A DNA stretch of 64,000 bases from Deltaproteobacteria bacterium TL4 (GTDB lineage: Bacteria > SAR324 > NAC60-12). The stretch is from NCBI GenBank assembly GCA_051382335.1, contig JBBCAX010000349.1, forward strand, positions 1 to 64,000. The letters run 5' to 3'. The position numbers and the translations under genes are program-made. The notes beneath the pieces were generated by a model that ran no database searches, was not told where the DNA came from, and saw only the letters and a program-made list of their open reading frames with translations. Positions 1 through 10,014 of this stretch are shown here, one piece after another; position 1 is the first letter of the stretch; every line of letters starts with the position of its first letter.

Positions 1-178
1 TCGACATTGTGTCGGAATCGCTGCGCTTATTCCGACCTACATTTTATCGACATTGTGTCGGAATCGCTGCGCTTATTCCGACCTACATTTTATCGACATT
101 GTGTCGGAATCGCTGCGCTTATTCCGATCTGCATCTTGTCTACATTGTGTCGGAATCGCTGCGCTTATTCCGACCTAC
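1..178 (-). repeat. Tandem array of about 4 x 46-bp units, each holding a GTAG-type REP palindrome; may continue left of the window
   Basis: Units start at 1, 47, 93 and 139. The core read on the minus strand is GTAGGTCGGAATAAGCGCAGCGATTCCGACA (GTAG tetramer plus GTCGGAAT/ATTCCGAC stem). Units 1 and 2 are identical and unit 3 has diverged. Confidence 0.9.
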
Positions 179-222
179 AAAGATCCCCACAAACAGAGCA
201 TCACAAAATATAGGAGTTTAAG

Positions 223-3200
223 ATGGCGATTACGAATCATGAACGGGTAGGCAAGTGTTTAACCCTTCTGAAAGACGGTTTACAGCCGTTCACGGAGCGG
301 GAACTGAAGGCTGTCTATGGAGACCAATGGCTGGAGCAAGCTCAATCCGCAGTCAGAAACTTACCGGCACAACAGGGGGAGGCTCTCAACTGGGATTCAC
401 AGGCTTTATTGATGGTGATGTGGAATCTCTGGAACTCAGTTTTTTCCAACAAGCTGGGGCATGCGGAACGGAGCCTGGTCAGTGAACTCCGGGAAGTGAG
501 AAACCAATGGGCGCATCAGACTCCTTTTTCCACGGATGACGCCTATCGTGCCCTGGACAGCATGGTTCGATTGCTGACCGCTGTTTCAGCGGAGGAAGCC
601 AGGGAAGTGGATCGCCATCGACAGGAATTATTACGTATTCGATTCAGTGAAGAAGCCCGACGGGAACGACGAAAAGCCGCCGTCACCCCCATTGAAGGAC
701 AACCCTCTGTAGGATTGAAGCCGTGGCGGGAAATCATCATGCCCCACCCTGACGTGGCCACAGGACGCTATCAGCAGGCGGAGTTTGCCGCCGATCTCGC
801 CGCCGTGCATCGTGGTGAAAAAGACACGGCCAGTGAGTACAAAGACCCCAGAGAATTCTTCCAGCGCACCTACGTGACCGAAGGACTTCGGCATCTGCTG
901 CAGAATGCGCTATCCCGACTCATTCAGGGAGAAGGCGATCCGGTGATTGAACTGCAAACCAATTTTGGTGGTGGCAAGACTCACAGCATGCTGGCGTTGT
1001 ATCATCTTTTTTCAGGGATCACGACGGCAGACGTCAGCGATGTGGAAAGCATCCTGAACGAAATGAGCATTGATTCCATTCCAGCGGTCAATCGGTGTGT
1101 GCTGGTCGGGACCTCTCTGGCTCCAGGACAATCACGAAAGCATGCCGATGGCACCGAAACCCGTACCTTCTGGGGCGAGATGGCCTGGCAACTGGGAAAG
1201 GCCGAAGGCTATGCCCTGGTGGCGGATTCGGATAAATCCGGCGTCAGCCCAGGTTCGGAAATCATCAAAGCCCTTTTCGAAAAGTATGGTCCCTGCCTGA
1301 TCCTGATAGACGAATGGGTCGCTTTCATCCGCCAGCTTTACAATGTGGACGGTCTGCCTGCGGGTTCATTCGACGCCAATCTGAGCTTTGCCCAGTCCTT
1401 AACGGAAGCGGCGACCCAAACCACCAAAGCGCTGGTCGTGGCCAGTCTTCCGGCTTCCGATATTGAAATTGGAGGCGAAGGGGGACGAGCGGCGCTGGAA
1501 CGTTTAAGAAACACATTTGCTCGAATTGAATCCACCTGGCGACCTGCCAACGCTGAAGAGAGCTTCGAAATCGTACGGCGTCGTTTATTCCAGCCCATCA
1601 CGGAACCCAATGACTTTGCCAGCAGGGATGCCGTCATTGATGCTTTTTCCCACTATTACAGGGATCAATCTCAAGAATTTCCGAATGATTGCAGGGAAGG
1701 GGATTATCGACGACGGATGCAAGCCGCCTATCCGATTCATCCTGAATTGTTTGATCGCTTATACAACGACTGGTCTACGCTGGACAAATTTCAACGCACC
1801 AGGGGAGTGCTGCGTCTGATGGCTTCCGTGATTCATGCCTTATGGGAACGGAACGATCCCAACCTGTTGATCATGCCGGCCACCGTGCCCATTGATGACG
1901 GCCCTGTTCAGTTTGAATTGACCCGTTACATGGAAGACAACTGGGTTCCTGTGATTGAAAAGGACATTGACGGGGCCGCCTCACTTCCGCTGTCGCTGGA
2001 CCGTGAAAACCCCAACCTGGGGCGATATTCCGCTTGCCGGAGGGTTACCCGTACCATCTACATGGGGTCGGCTCCCACGGCCAAAACCAACAATCCAGGA
2101 CTGGATGAGCGCCACATCAAACTAGGGTGTGTTCAGCCAGGTGAAAGCGTGGCGATCTTTGGCGATGCCCTGAGGCGCTTGACCGATAAGGCGACCCACC
2201 TTTACGTGGACCGAAGCCGCTACTGGTTCAATACCCAACCCAGTGTGAACCGACTGGCGGAAGATCGAAGAGTTCAATTCCAGGAGGATAAGGATGCTCT
2301 ATGGGAGGAACTTAAAGTCCGATTAAAAAAGGATCGTCAAACCGGTGAATTCAGCGGAATCCATCTCATCCCATCCTCCGCATCCGATGTGCAGGACACC
2401 GATTCGGTCCGGCTTGTGGTGATTGGACCTCAATCCCCTCACACGTCCAAAGACGAGTACAGCCCCGCCATTCAAAACGCCGTGACGATTCTCAGTAAAG
2501 ATTCCCAGCGGAAGTTCCAGAACATGCTGGTGTTTTTAGCGCCTGATAATAAACGCTTGCAGGAACTGGAAACAGTGATTGCCCGCTATCTGGCCTGGCA
2601 TTCCATTCACGAACAAAAAGATGAACTGAACCTGGATACCTTCATGCGGAATCAGGCTCAGACCAAGCGAGAACAAGCGAACCAATCGGTGGATGCTCTG
2701 ATTCAGGAAACCTATATCTGGCTGCTGTTTCCCACTCAACCGAATCCTCAGATGCCCCCCCTCGTCTGGGAAGAACGCAAAATTCAGGGACCCGAAGCCC
2801 TGGCTGTTAAAGCCAGCCGGAAACTCATCAATGAAGAACAACTGATCCCTCATTTTGCCGCCCTCCGCCTCCGTATGGCCATGGACAATTATCATCTATG
2901 GCGGAACCAGCCTCACGTGAGACTGAAGCAAATATGGGAAGACTTTGCCCGTTATCCGTATCTTCCACGGTTGAAAGACGCTCAGGTGCTGATCGGTGCT
3001 GTGCAGGACGGCATTGGTCAGATGGTGATTGACGACAACTTTGGGTATGCGGAAGGTTATGATGAGGCCAAACAACGCTACATCAACCTCAAAGCAAGAC
3101 ACCACGGCAGCGTCATCATGGATGAGCAGAGCCTACTGGTGCAGCCTGAAGCGGCATTAGAACAATTGTCTGAGCAGGAACCAGTTTCCCCCGTGAATTC

Positions 3201-3519
3201 TCCCGCTGGAACCCATCTCTCCATGGGCACAACGTCGACAGGTGGAGGCACAGCACCTGTCGTCCCACCCACGACAGCAAAAAAAATCACCCGTTTTCAT
3301 GGAACCGTGGAAGTGAACTCCCAACGCTTGGGACGAGATGCCGGAACCATTGCTGAAGAAGTCGTGCAACACCTGAGTTCACTGGTGGGAACGGATGTCA
3401 AAATCACTCTGGAGATCAGTTCCCACACCCCAGATGGAGTGCCGGATCACACCGTCCGTACCGTCATGGAAAATGCTAAAACCCTGAAGTTTGAGAGTAT
3501 GGGGTTTGAGGAGGAATGA
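223..3519 (+). CDS. Swt1-like HEPN domain fused to DUF499-family AAA+ ATPase (defence-associated)
   Basis: AGGAG RBS upstream. N-terminal R-x4-H motif (RNQWAH), Walker A (TNFGGGKTHS), Walker B (LILIDE), and the DUF499 motifs AYPIHPE and FQRTRGVLR. Confidence 0.85.
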   Translation: MAITNHERVGKCLTLLKDGLQPFTERELKAVYGDQWLEQAQSAVRNLPAQQGEALNWDSQALLMVMWNLWNSVFSNKLGHAERSLVSELREVRNQWAHQTPFSTDDAYRALDSMVRLLTAVSAEEAREVDRHRQELLRIRFSEEARRERRKAAVTPIEGQPSVGLKPWREIIMPHPDVATGRYQQAEFAADLAAVHRGEKDTASEYKDPREFFQRTYVTEGLRHLLQNALSRLIQGEGDPVIELQTNFGGGKTHSMLALYHLFSGITTADVSDVESILNEMSIDSIPAVNRCVLVGTSLAPGQSRKHADGTETRTFWGEMAWQLGKAEGYALVADSDKSGVSPGSEIIKALFEKYGPCLILIDEWVAFIRQLYNVDGLPAGSFDANLSFAQSLTEAATQTTKALVVASLPASDIEIGGEGGRAALERLRNTFARIESTWRPANAEESFEIVRRRLFQPITEPNDFASRDAVIDAFSHYYRDQSQEFPNDCREGDYRRRMQAAYPIHPELFDRLYNDWSTLDKFQRTRGVLRLMASVIHALWERNDPNLLIMPATVPIDDGPVQFELTRYMEDNWVPVIEKDIDGAASLPLSLDRENPNLGRYSACRRVTRTIYMGSAPTAKTNNPGLDERHIKLGCVQPGESVAIFGDALRRLTDKATHLYVDRSRYWFNTQPSVNRLAEDRRVQFQEDKDALWEELKVRLKKDRQTGEFSGIHLIPSSASDVQDTDSVRLVVIGPQSPHTSKDEYSPAIQNAVTILSKDSQRKFQNMLVFLAPDNKRLQELETVIARYLAWHSIHEQKDELNLDTFMRNQAQTKREQANQSVDALIQETYIWLLFPTQPNPQMPPLVWEERKIQGPEALAVKASRKLINEEQLIPHFAALRLRMAMDNYHLWRNQPHVRLKQIWEDFARYPYLPRLKDAQVLIGAVQDGIGQMVIDDNFGYAEGYDEAKQRYINLKARHHGSVIMDEQSLLVQPEAALEQLSEQEPVSPVNSPAGTHLSMGTTSTGGGTAPVVPPTTAKKITRFHGTVEVNSQRLGRDAGTIAEEVVQHLSSLVGTDVKITLEISSHTPDGVPDHTVRTVMENAKTLKFESMGFEEE

Positions 3520-3735
3520 TGGTGATTCCTTCTAATTTTTGAGGTGGATGGATCCAATTTTCATCTAGGTGTTCAGTCATGGTGTTGGGAATATATATTT
3601 GTCAAGTATTCCAGTTCCGTATACTGTGCAGATAACTCAAGCCATTGGAAGATTTGGTCAGTAATCGTATCAACAAGAAATTGCTCAACCAGGAAGAGCA
3701 CATTTAATGCCCTGTAAGGGCAAAAGTGAGTTGAC

Positions 3736-4671
3736 TTAAATCAACTTGTCCAAGTATCGGACATTGAACTTTAAGGCGGCATCTTTACATTGATCAATGC
3801 ATAACCCGCAACGAGTACAGTCCCCAGAAACGACATAAGCCTGAGTCCCTTGATTGACGGTTTCTTTAAGAACCCACGGGACCATACAAACTCTCTGGCA
3901 TTCTTTACAATTCGTACATTTGTTGACGTTCCATTGTACCTTTGTCGGCGATATTCTTCCAAGGATATTATAAGAAACACCTACAGGACAAAAATAGCGA
4001 CACCACGCCCGACGGCTGAAAAAAATTTCAAAGCTGAGCAGCATCAAAACCCAAAACAGGATGATTCCAGGACCATAAACGAGACTGCGGCTCAGGATGC
4101 TCACAGGGTTGATGACCTCGAACACCATAAAGCTTGTTAGAAAAGCAAAAGCCAAAAAAATTCCATAGAAATAGTATTTAATTTTTTGATCAAAAGTATA
4201 ATTCCGTTTGATGATTTTCTTTTTTATCAGGATCCTGTTGATCGTTTCTCCTATCTCCGCAAGAAAGTGATAAGGACAAACCCAAGAGCAAAATGTACGT
4301 CCTCCGATCAGCAGGTAAATGCTGATAATGGTGACCATGCCAATGATCAGATTGGTTTTAATGACTTGACTGGACAACATCGCCTGCATTGCGACAAACG
4401 GATCTGCCATATGAAACCCAAGAAAACGAGAACCACTTAAGGTTCCCTCCAGAATCTGGATATCAAAATAAAAAGAGGCAAAGAACAGGAAATTGATGGA
4501 CAACAAAAAACTCCAGCGCATGATACGCCATTTATGGGGTGATTTGTTTTCGTGAATAGAAATCTCGCGTAAGCCGGGGCCTTTCTTATTTTTTTTCAAA
4601 GGGGACGGTGCTTGTTTTTCAGCAGGAATGATAGTCGTAGAAGGTGTGTTTTGATCCATTTTAGATTCCAT
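3736..4671 (-). CDS. nosH: NapH/MauN-family membrane ferredoxin (NosH)
   Basis: TM helices, GRTFCSWVCP and WCRYFCP motifs, two CxxCxxCxxxC clusters, located in the nos cluster. Confidence 0.9.
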   Translation of the reverse strand: MESKMDQNTPSTTIIPAEKQAPSPLKKNKKGPGLREISIHENKSPHKWRIMRWSFLLSINFLFFASFYFDIQILEGTLSGSRFLGFHMADPFVAMQAMLSSQVIKTNLIIGMVTIISIYLLIGGRTFCSWVCPYHFLAEIGETINRILIKKKIIKRNYTFDQKIKYYFYGIFLAFAFLTSFMVFEVINPVSILSRSLVYGPGIILFWVLMLLSFEIFFSRRAWCRYFCPVGVSYNILGRISPTKVQWNVNKCTNCKECQRVCMVPWVLKETVNQGTQAYVVSGDCTRCGLCIDQCKDAALKFNVRYLDKLI

Positions 4672-5560
4672 TATATTTCAAACGAGGCGTAATAGTGATT
4701 GATGATTGCGGGGTAGGGCATTTCATTTCACAAACACCACATCCCACACAGCTTTTCTGCACCACAGGGAGTACATAATTTTGACTGGTTTGAATGTCTT
4801 TTTGTGTTTCAAAAATAATTGGTTTTTCATTTTTTATAGGACATTGATCCAAACAAACCGTGCACGTTTTCGCGGACAACTGAGTTTTTTTTATAAAATC
4901 GATTATTTGTGACAAATCCAGGTTGGGTAGAATCTCAATCAGACCTTCCAAAGAGAGAGAGTCGCTTTCTCTCAGATTCAGTGTGGTTTGGAGCTGTTTC
5001 TTCTCTTCAGTATTGATGCGTTCGACCAGTTCTTGAAGAAGTGCGCTGAGAAGCTCTTTGGTTGAGGAAGCATTCCATTTGCTAGCTTCCAGTTGTTCAA
5101 AGCGATAGAGCAGATCGTTTTTTCCTTTTACGGACAGGCACGTTTGAGCATTGCTCATGACCGCTAATCCCATCTGCGCCTCTTTTCCCTCGGAGATCTG
5201 ATGATCCAGGGAACCTGTAGGACAAGCAAGGACACAAGGCAAACCGCCGCATAAAATACAGGCACCTTCTCGGGGAATAATATAGGGGGTTCCAATGCCC
5301 AACCCCAAGTCCAATCCTGCCAAATGAATGACTTGCGGAGGACAAACCTGCAAGCATTGACCACACTTAATACAAGAGGCCACAAACTTTGATTCTTCCA
5401 ACGCTCCAGGAGGACGGAGTCGTAGCTCCTCGCTTCGCAAGACGGGAACACTCAAAGCGCCATAAGCTACGGCACTGCCAATACAGACTAAGGTTGATCG
5501 TTTAAAAAGCTTTCTGCGGGTAATTTTTGCAGAGGGTATGAATTTCTCATGGTTTTGCAT
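4661..5560 (-). CDS. nosG: NapG/MauM-family polyferredoxin (NosG) with internal insertion
   Basis: Twin-arginine-like TRRKLF, LRPPGA, CIKCGQCLQVCP, CILC...CVLACP, CTVCLDQCP and CVGCGVCEMKCP. Confidence 0.88.
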   Translation of the reverse strand: MQNHEKFIPSAKITRRKLFKRSTLVCIGSAVAYGALSVPVLRSEELRLRPPGALEESKFVASCIKCGQCLQVCPPQVIHLAGLDLGLGIGTPYIIPREGACILCGGLPCVLACPTGSLDHQISEGKEAQMGLAVMSNAQTCLSVKGKNDLLYRFEQLEASKWNASSTKELLSALLQELVERINTEEKKQLQTTLNLRESDSLSLEGLIEILPNLDLSQIIDFIKKTQLSAKTCTVCLDQCPIKNEKPIIFETQKDIQTSQNYVLPVVQKSCVGCGVCEMKCPTPQSSITITPRLKYNGI

Positions 5561-6044
5561 TCAGTTCCATTGTTTTCAAGGAGTGTTGATGCTTTGAAGG
5601 TTCTTGTTGCGCTCTGTACGTCTGCTTGGTATCGATTCGCCGTTTGACTTCAGCAAAAGGAATCGTGTTGATTCCAGGCTTTGTCACAGCAAAACCATAT
5701 CCCATGGGGGTATTGGGGTTGTCAAATGACCATGCGGCTTCTTTGGCTTCTTGCCATTGATGCGTCGAAACCTCATTGGCCCAAATGCGTGCTTGCTCTT
5801 TCCAGGGTTGTTCTTTCAACCAGTTTAAGGCACACCCGATATCATCAAACAGATGGATGGCACCATCAGGACTGACCACTTGTGCCGCATAACGCTGATC
5901 GCTGATGACCATACCGCAATGTTGGCAGGGATCCCGATCCCATACAATTTTTCCCGGTTGTTGTGCTGTATTTCTTTTTTGGCAAGAGAGACTTCCCCAA
6001 AGGAGCAGGATGAAGATTAGCGGCATGAAGGTTTTTCTACTCAT
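5547..6044 (-). CDS. nosL: NosL-family copper chaperone lipoprotein
   Basis: Lipobox SLSC, CQHCGMVI, FDDIGC and TPMGYG. Confidence 0.9.
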   Translation of the reverse strand: MSRKTFMPLIFILLLWGSLSCQKRNTAQQPGKIVWDRDPCQHCGMVISDQRYAAQVVSPDGAIHLFDDIGCALNWLKEQPWKEQARIWANEVSTHQWQEAKEAAWSFDNPNTPMGYGFAVTKPGINTIPFAEVKRRIDTKQTYRAQQEPSKHQHSLKTMELNAKP

Positions 6045-6892
6045 ACTAAATCGCCTCGCTTGAAAATCTGATATCCCACAAACGCGCTACCCCAACCAAT
6101 GCCTAAAGGGTAGAGAATCGCGAATATTAAAAATCCTACACGTCCCAAATGATCAAGAATCACATAAGAGGAAGGACCCAGGATGGAAAGTTGAGGATCA
6201 AATAAAAGAATGGTTGCTGTACGGAAGGCTTGAAGTGGGTTAAGAAGAGAGATACCAACAATCAGGGACTCTTCTATTTGATGTTGGAGCATCACACCAA
6301 TCATAATGATGTCCATAAAAAGGAGCAGAATCAACCAGATTAAAAAAGCCAACCCCAAGGCCCATTCTTGTTTACGTACCAAGATGGAAATCAGCATTCC
6401 AATCCCTAAAAAGCACCAACTCAGGGTTCCCAGCAGAATGGAATAATAACCCACTTGTTCCCATGGAATAGCTAAATTCTGGGTCAATCCCCAAATTAAC
6501 GCGCCAAGCAACGCCATACAGACAGGAATAAATACGACTAAAAAACGAGCTGAAATTTTACCCCAGTAATAGGCACTCAGCGAAAAAGGCATCGAAAGAA
6601 AATATTCAAGAACATTGGATTCTCGTTCACCGACAATCGTGCGGACGGTTGTCATTAGTATGAACAGAGGTAAGATGGCGACACACAATTGAATATAAGT
6701 AATCAAAAATCGGCTCAGTCCCGTAAATCCTTGCACTTGAGATTCCGTGACTCCCAAGGTGAGCAATAAAAACACGGCACCTCCAAAAATAAAGATATAA
6801 AGAAAGAACCATTTGGTTCGCAGGGATTCTCTGATTTCGGCCAAAATGATGTAGATGAACTGACTCAACAAAACCTCCATAAAATCCATCAA
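6041..6892 (-). CDS. nosY: ABC transporter permease NosY
   Basis: Multi-TM protein, GERESNVLEYFLSMP and LLNPLQAFR; follows nosF. Confidence 0.88.
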   Translation of the reverse strand: MMDFMEVLLSQFIYIILAEIRESLRTKWFFLYIFIFGGAVFLLLTLGVTESQVQGFTGLSRFLITYIQLCVAILPLFILMTTVRTIVGERESNVLEYFLSMPFSLSAYYWGKISARFLVVFIPVCMALLGALIWGLTQNLAIPWEQVGYYSILLGTLSWCFLGIGMLISILVRKQEWALGLAFLIWLILLLFMDIIMIGVMLQHQIEESLIVGISLLNPLQAFRTATILLFDPQLSILGPSSYVILDHLGRVGFLIFAILYPLGIGWGSAFVGYQIFKRGDLV

Positions 6893-6897
6893 CAGAA

Positions 6898-7743
6898 CTA
6901 CTCCATTGATAACTGCTGGATATGGTTTGAAAAATGGGAAATGGCCGTTAGAAAACGCATTCGATCCACACCCGCAATGGAACCCTGGTAACTATTCTTT
7001 GCAAGATCATAATCCAATTTCCATTCTCGTAACACCTTATTAAGCGCGTCATTATTATCTGCAAGCCCAATTCGACAAAATAACAATTTTCCTCCAAGGG
7101 GTGCCGCTATCGGCTCATCAAAGACAATACGGCCACAGTCCATTTCAATCACTCTATTGACTAAACCAAGCAACTCGTCAACTCGATGACTGCTGAGAAT
7201 CATGGTCGTGTTTGAGGAGGCCTCCGCCAATTTGAGAAAAAAAGCTTTTCGTCCTGCAGGATCCAAGTTTGCGGCAGGTTCATCCATAATCAGAAGATCC
7301 GGATGTTTGGCGAGAGCGAGCGCGATTAAAAGTTTTTGCTTCATCCCTCCTGATAATTTGAAAAAGGGTTTCTTGGCGTTCGCCTGAATATTGAGTCCAA
7401 GATCTTCTGATATTTGATAAATCTCACTCAACTTTGTGGATTTGGAAATGTTTGCCGAAAAATGGATCAACTCATCAAGGCGCATCGGAATGGGTGGAGA
7501 ATGTTGAGGTACAAAGCCTATCCGGTCAAGCACTTCGACCCTTGATTTTCGGGGATCCTTACCAAAGAGAGTCAAGGTGCCCTCATGGGTATATTGCCCT
7601 AAAAGACTACGAATCAAAGTGGTTTTCCCTGCTCCGTTTTGTCCGATGAGAGCTATACGGTCACCAGGATGAATTTGGACATCAAGCTCGTCCAGGACTC
7701 GTTGTTTTCCAAATTGTTTTACGATCTTCTTTACGTCAATCAC
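6898..7743 (-). CDS. nosF: ABC transporter ATPase NosF
   Basis: GQNGAGKTT, LSGGMKQK, IMDEP and SSH motifs; lies between nosD and nosY. Confidence 0.88.
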   Translation of the reverse strand: MIDVKKIVKQFGKQRVLDELDVQIHPGDRIALIGQNGAGKTTLIRSLLGQYTHEGTLTLFGKDPRKSRVEVLDRIGFVPQHSPPIPMRLDELIHFSANISKSTKLSEIYQISEDLGLNIQANAKKPFFKLSGGMKQKLLIALALAKHPDLLIMDEPAANLDPAGRKAFFLKLAEASSNTTMILSSHRVDELLGLVNRVIEMDCGRIVFDEPIAAPLGGKLLFCRIGLADNNDALNKVLREWKLDYDLAKNSYQGSIAGVDRMRFLTAISHFSNHIQQLSME

Positions 7744-7754
7744 CCCGTCTCCTG

Positions 7755-9050
7755 TTAATATAAATCTTCATCCTCATCCTCATCAATTTCTGGAATTTCA
7801 AAATGCAGGTTTGCTTTTGATCGCAGAAAGGCGTTATTCAGACTCAACACAGGCATGCTGTCTCGTACCAACAATCTGGGTTCTGAAAAAGGTGCCAACT
7901 TCGCTAAAAAATTAAGCATACTGATCACAGGCGACGCAAAATAAAAACGAATCCAGGGATCATTCATCCACAGTTGATCCAAATAGACATAATTGACGTA
8001 GTCCCGATCGCCATAGCCATTGCGATTTCGATCGAACCCCTCATAATCACTCCAGTAATTTCCTTCCCAAATATTTTTAATCGCCGTCCCATTTGCATGG
8101 ACGATGACGCCTTCAATATTGTCAACCAGCGCATTGCCTTTGAAAACATTATTTTTCAGGGTACTATGGAACACAATGCCTTGTAAATTGTAAGCAATCT
8201 GATTCCCGAAAATCAGATTATAATTCAAAGGATCGGAGGGCGATTGATCCAAATAAAGTCCCATCGTACAATAGATGATCCTGTTATTGAGAAGGGTCAT
8301 ATTGTCAACTTCCTTCATCCCCATGCCCATACCTGTCGCTCCTTGTGAGGCCAGGATTTCATTTTCTTCAAGGAGCGAATTTTTACTATACATTAAAAAA
8401 ATTCCAACCGCATTGTTGCTATATCGGTTATTGCGAATTGTATTGGTATCCGTGTACATGAAATGAAGGGAGTACCGGTTATTCCACGCTTCATTGTCTT
8501 GAATCACACTGTTGTTGGAGTACCAGATCACCATATCCCTGGAGTCATGTAATTTGTTTTTTTGAAAAGTGTTGTTGTGACTGGCCCACACCTTGATACT
8601 GTCCCCTCGTGCGCCCAATTCTGAGGGTTTGGAGGAAATATCATTGCCTTCAACCAGGTTGTTGTGAGCTTCTCTAAGTTCAATCCCAAATAAGGTATGA
8701 TCGATGGTGTTGTAAAGGAGTTTATTATTGGAGGAAAAAACAGAAATACCGGCATTAATGTGATCGTGACTATCGCCCGAATTGGTAATATGAAGGTTGC
8801 GGAGGGTGACGCCGTCAGCCTTGATCGTGATGACACTACCGGTCCCCCCACCGTCTATAATCACCTGGCCCTGAGTGCTTTCCATGGTGAGGGGTTTGTC
8901 GATAACCACCGAACCTTCGTAACGTCCGGGTGACAAGGCAAGGATTCCGCCTGAGGGCGTGTTGTCAATAAGCGATTGCAACATCGGGGCGGCCGAGAGA
9001 CTACGGCTTCCCAAGAGTACGGCAACAATGAACCAAACCTGAATTTTCAT
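7755..9050 (-). CDS. nosD: Nitrous oxide reductase maturation protein NosD (beta-helix)
   Basis: Signal peptide, RGDSIKVW, RYSLHFMY, GIFLMYS and GNYWSDYEGFDRN. Confidence 0.95.
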   Translation of the reverse strand: MKIQVWFIVAVLLGSRSLSAAPMLQSLIDNTPSGGILALSPGRYEGSVVIDKPLTMESTQGQVIIDGGGTGSVITIKADGVTLRNLHITNSGDSHDHINAGISVFSSNNKLLYNTIDHTLFGIELREAHNNLVEGNDISSKPSELGARGDSIKVWASHNNTFQKNKLHDSRDMVIWYSNNSVIQDNEAWNNRYSLHFMYTDTNTIRNNRYSNNAVGIFLMYSKNSLLEENEILASQGATGMGMGMKEVDNMTLLNNRIIYCTMGLYLDQSPSDPLNYNLIFGNQIAYNLQGIVFHSTLKNNVFKGNALVDNIEGVIVHANGTAIKNIWEGNYWSDYEGFDRNRNGYGDRDYVNYVYLDQLWMNDPWIRFYFASPVISMLNFLAKLAPFSEPRLLVRDSMPVLSLNNAFLRSKANLHFEIPEIDEDEDEDLY

Positions 9051-9063
9051 TGTTCACCAAGCC

Positions 9064-9882
9064 TTATGAGGTTGCAGCTTTTTCTCTTAAGGCTCTACGT
9101 TTGATTAAAACGGAAAGCCCCAAACAGACAAAAACACCCAAGAGAAAATAAAATCCCACCGTGGGGTAAGAATGAGTGACAAACTGAGCCACTTTTCCAT
9201 CGCCTAAGACCGTCGGCATAAAGGGTTTGATTTGGAATGCGCCATAGTCGTGTAAATTATGTCCAAACCAATACAGCCAATAACTGAAAAACCCGATAAA
9301 ATACCAAGGCATTAAGGCGGGAACCATCCCCAGAACCCACCAACCCGGACCACTGTAAAACAGATAGATCAGGATCATCAGGAAAAAAGTTAAATAAACA
9401 AAAGGAACAAGCTTTCTGACCTTGAACGCTCCGACATCCATCGGGACCATGCCAATGTAATGGTTGATGACGTTCATCTCCACCACTCTTCCCCGAAAAT
9501 CAGTCAGTGTGAAGAACACTGGAATTCCCTCAGGATAAGAGGCTTTAGGATATTGAGGTGCTTCTAAAGAGACCCTCCAGATAGGCATGGTATTGTATCC
9601 GACAAGAGCGGCTTCCAATCCTGCGGGAAAGTAAACATAGAGTTCATCGCCCAAATACTGAACCAGTTCAGGGGAGGGATCCACGGTTTCAGTACCTTCA
9701 GGAATTAGAAAGGAAAAGGGTTGAAAAGATAGATTTTCTTCATCAATTTCTGTATCGCCTGTAATAGGATCGGCATAGCGGTATAAGGGGCCAAGCAAAT
9801 AGGTACAAACTAAAAGTACCAGTCCCATCAAGGCCAGTATACGAGCCAACCAGAGTCTCCCTTTAATTGCATGGGTTTCCAC
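9064..9882 (-). CDS. nosB: Clade II nos membrane protein NosB
   Basis: PIWRVSLEAPQYP, EMNVINHYIGM and WLYWFGHNL. Start moved to GTG at 9882 because it has an AGGAG RBS (ORF track starts at 9999). Confidence 0.85.
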   Translation of the reverse strand: METHAIKGRLWLARILALMGLVLLVCTYLLGPLYRYADPITGDTEIDEENLSFQPFSFLIPEGTETVDPSPELVQYLGDELYVYFPAGLEAALVGYNTMPIWRVSLEAPQYPKASYPEGIPVFFTLTDFRGRVVEMNVINHYIGMVPMDVGAFKVRKLVPFVYLTFFLMILIYLFYSGPGWWVLGMVPALMPWYFIGFFSYWLYWFGHNLHDYGAFQIKPFMPTVLGDGKVAQFVTHSYPTVGFYFLLGVFVCLGLSVLIKRRALREKAATS

Positions 9883-10014
9883 GTTTTCTCCTTCTAAAGC
9901 AGAATATCTTCTATTTTGAAAAGAGGAGGGATATTCTGAGTGGATTAATGGTTTATCCTGGAAATAAAATATCAGGTGCTTTTGATTCAAAGCCTTCACG
10001 TTCCCGGCCTATCC

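Noticed and set aside
1..178. CRISPR array
   Set aside because: The linkers are about 15 nt and nearly identical rather than unique spacers, there are no cas genes, and the GTAG-capped palindrome fits a REP.
7..250. Three short overlapping ORFs with repeated peptides
   Set aside because: They are translations of the 46-bp DNA repeat.
3736..5560. napGH as evidence for periplasmic nitrate reductase
   Set aside because: There is no napA/B/D, and the genes are coupled to nosL within the nos operon.
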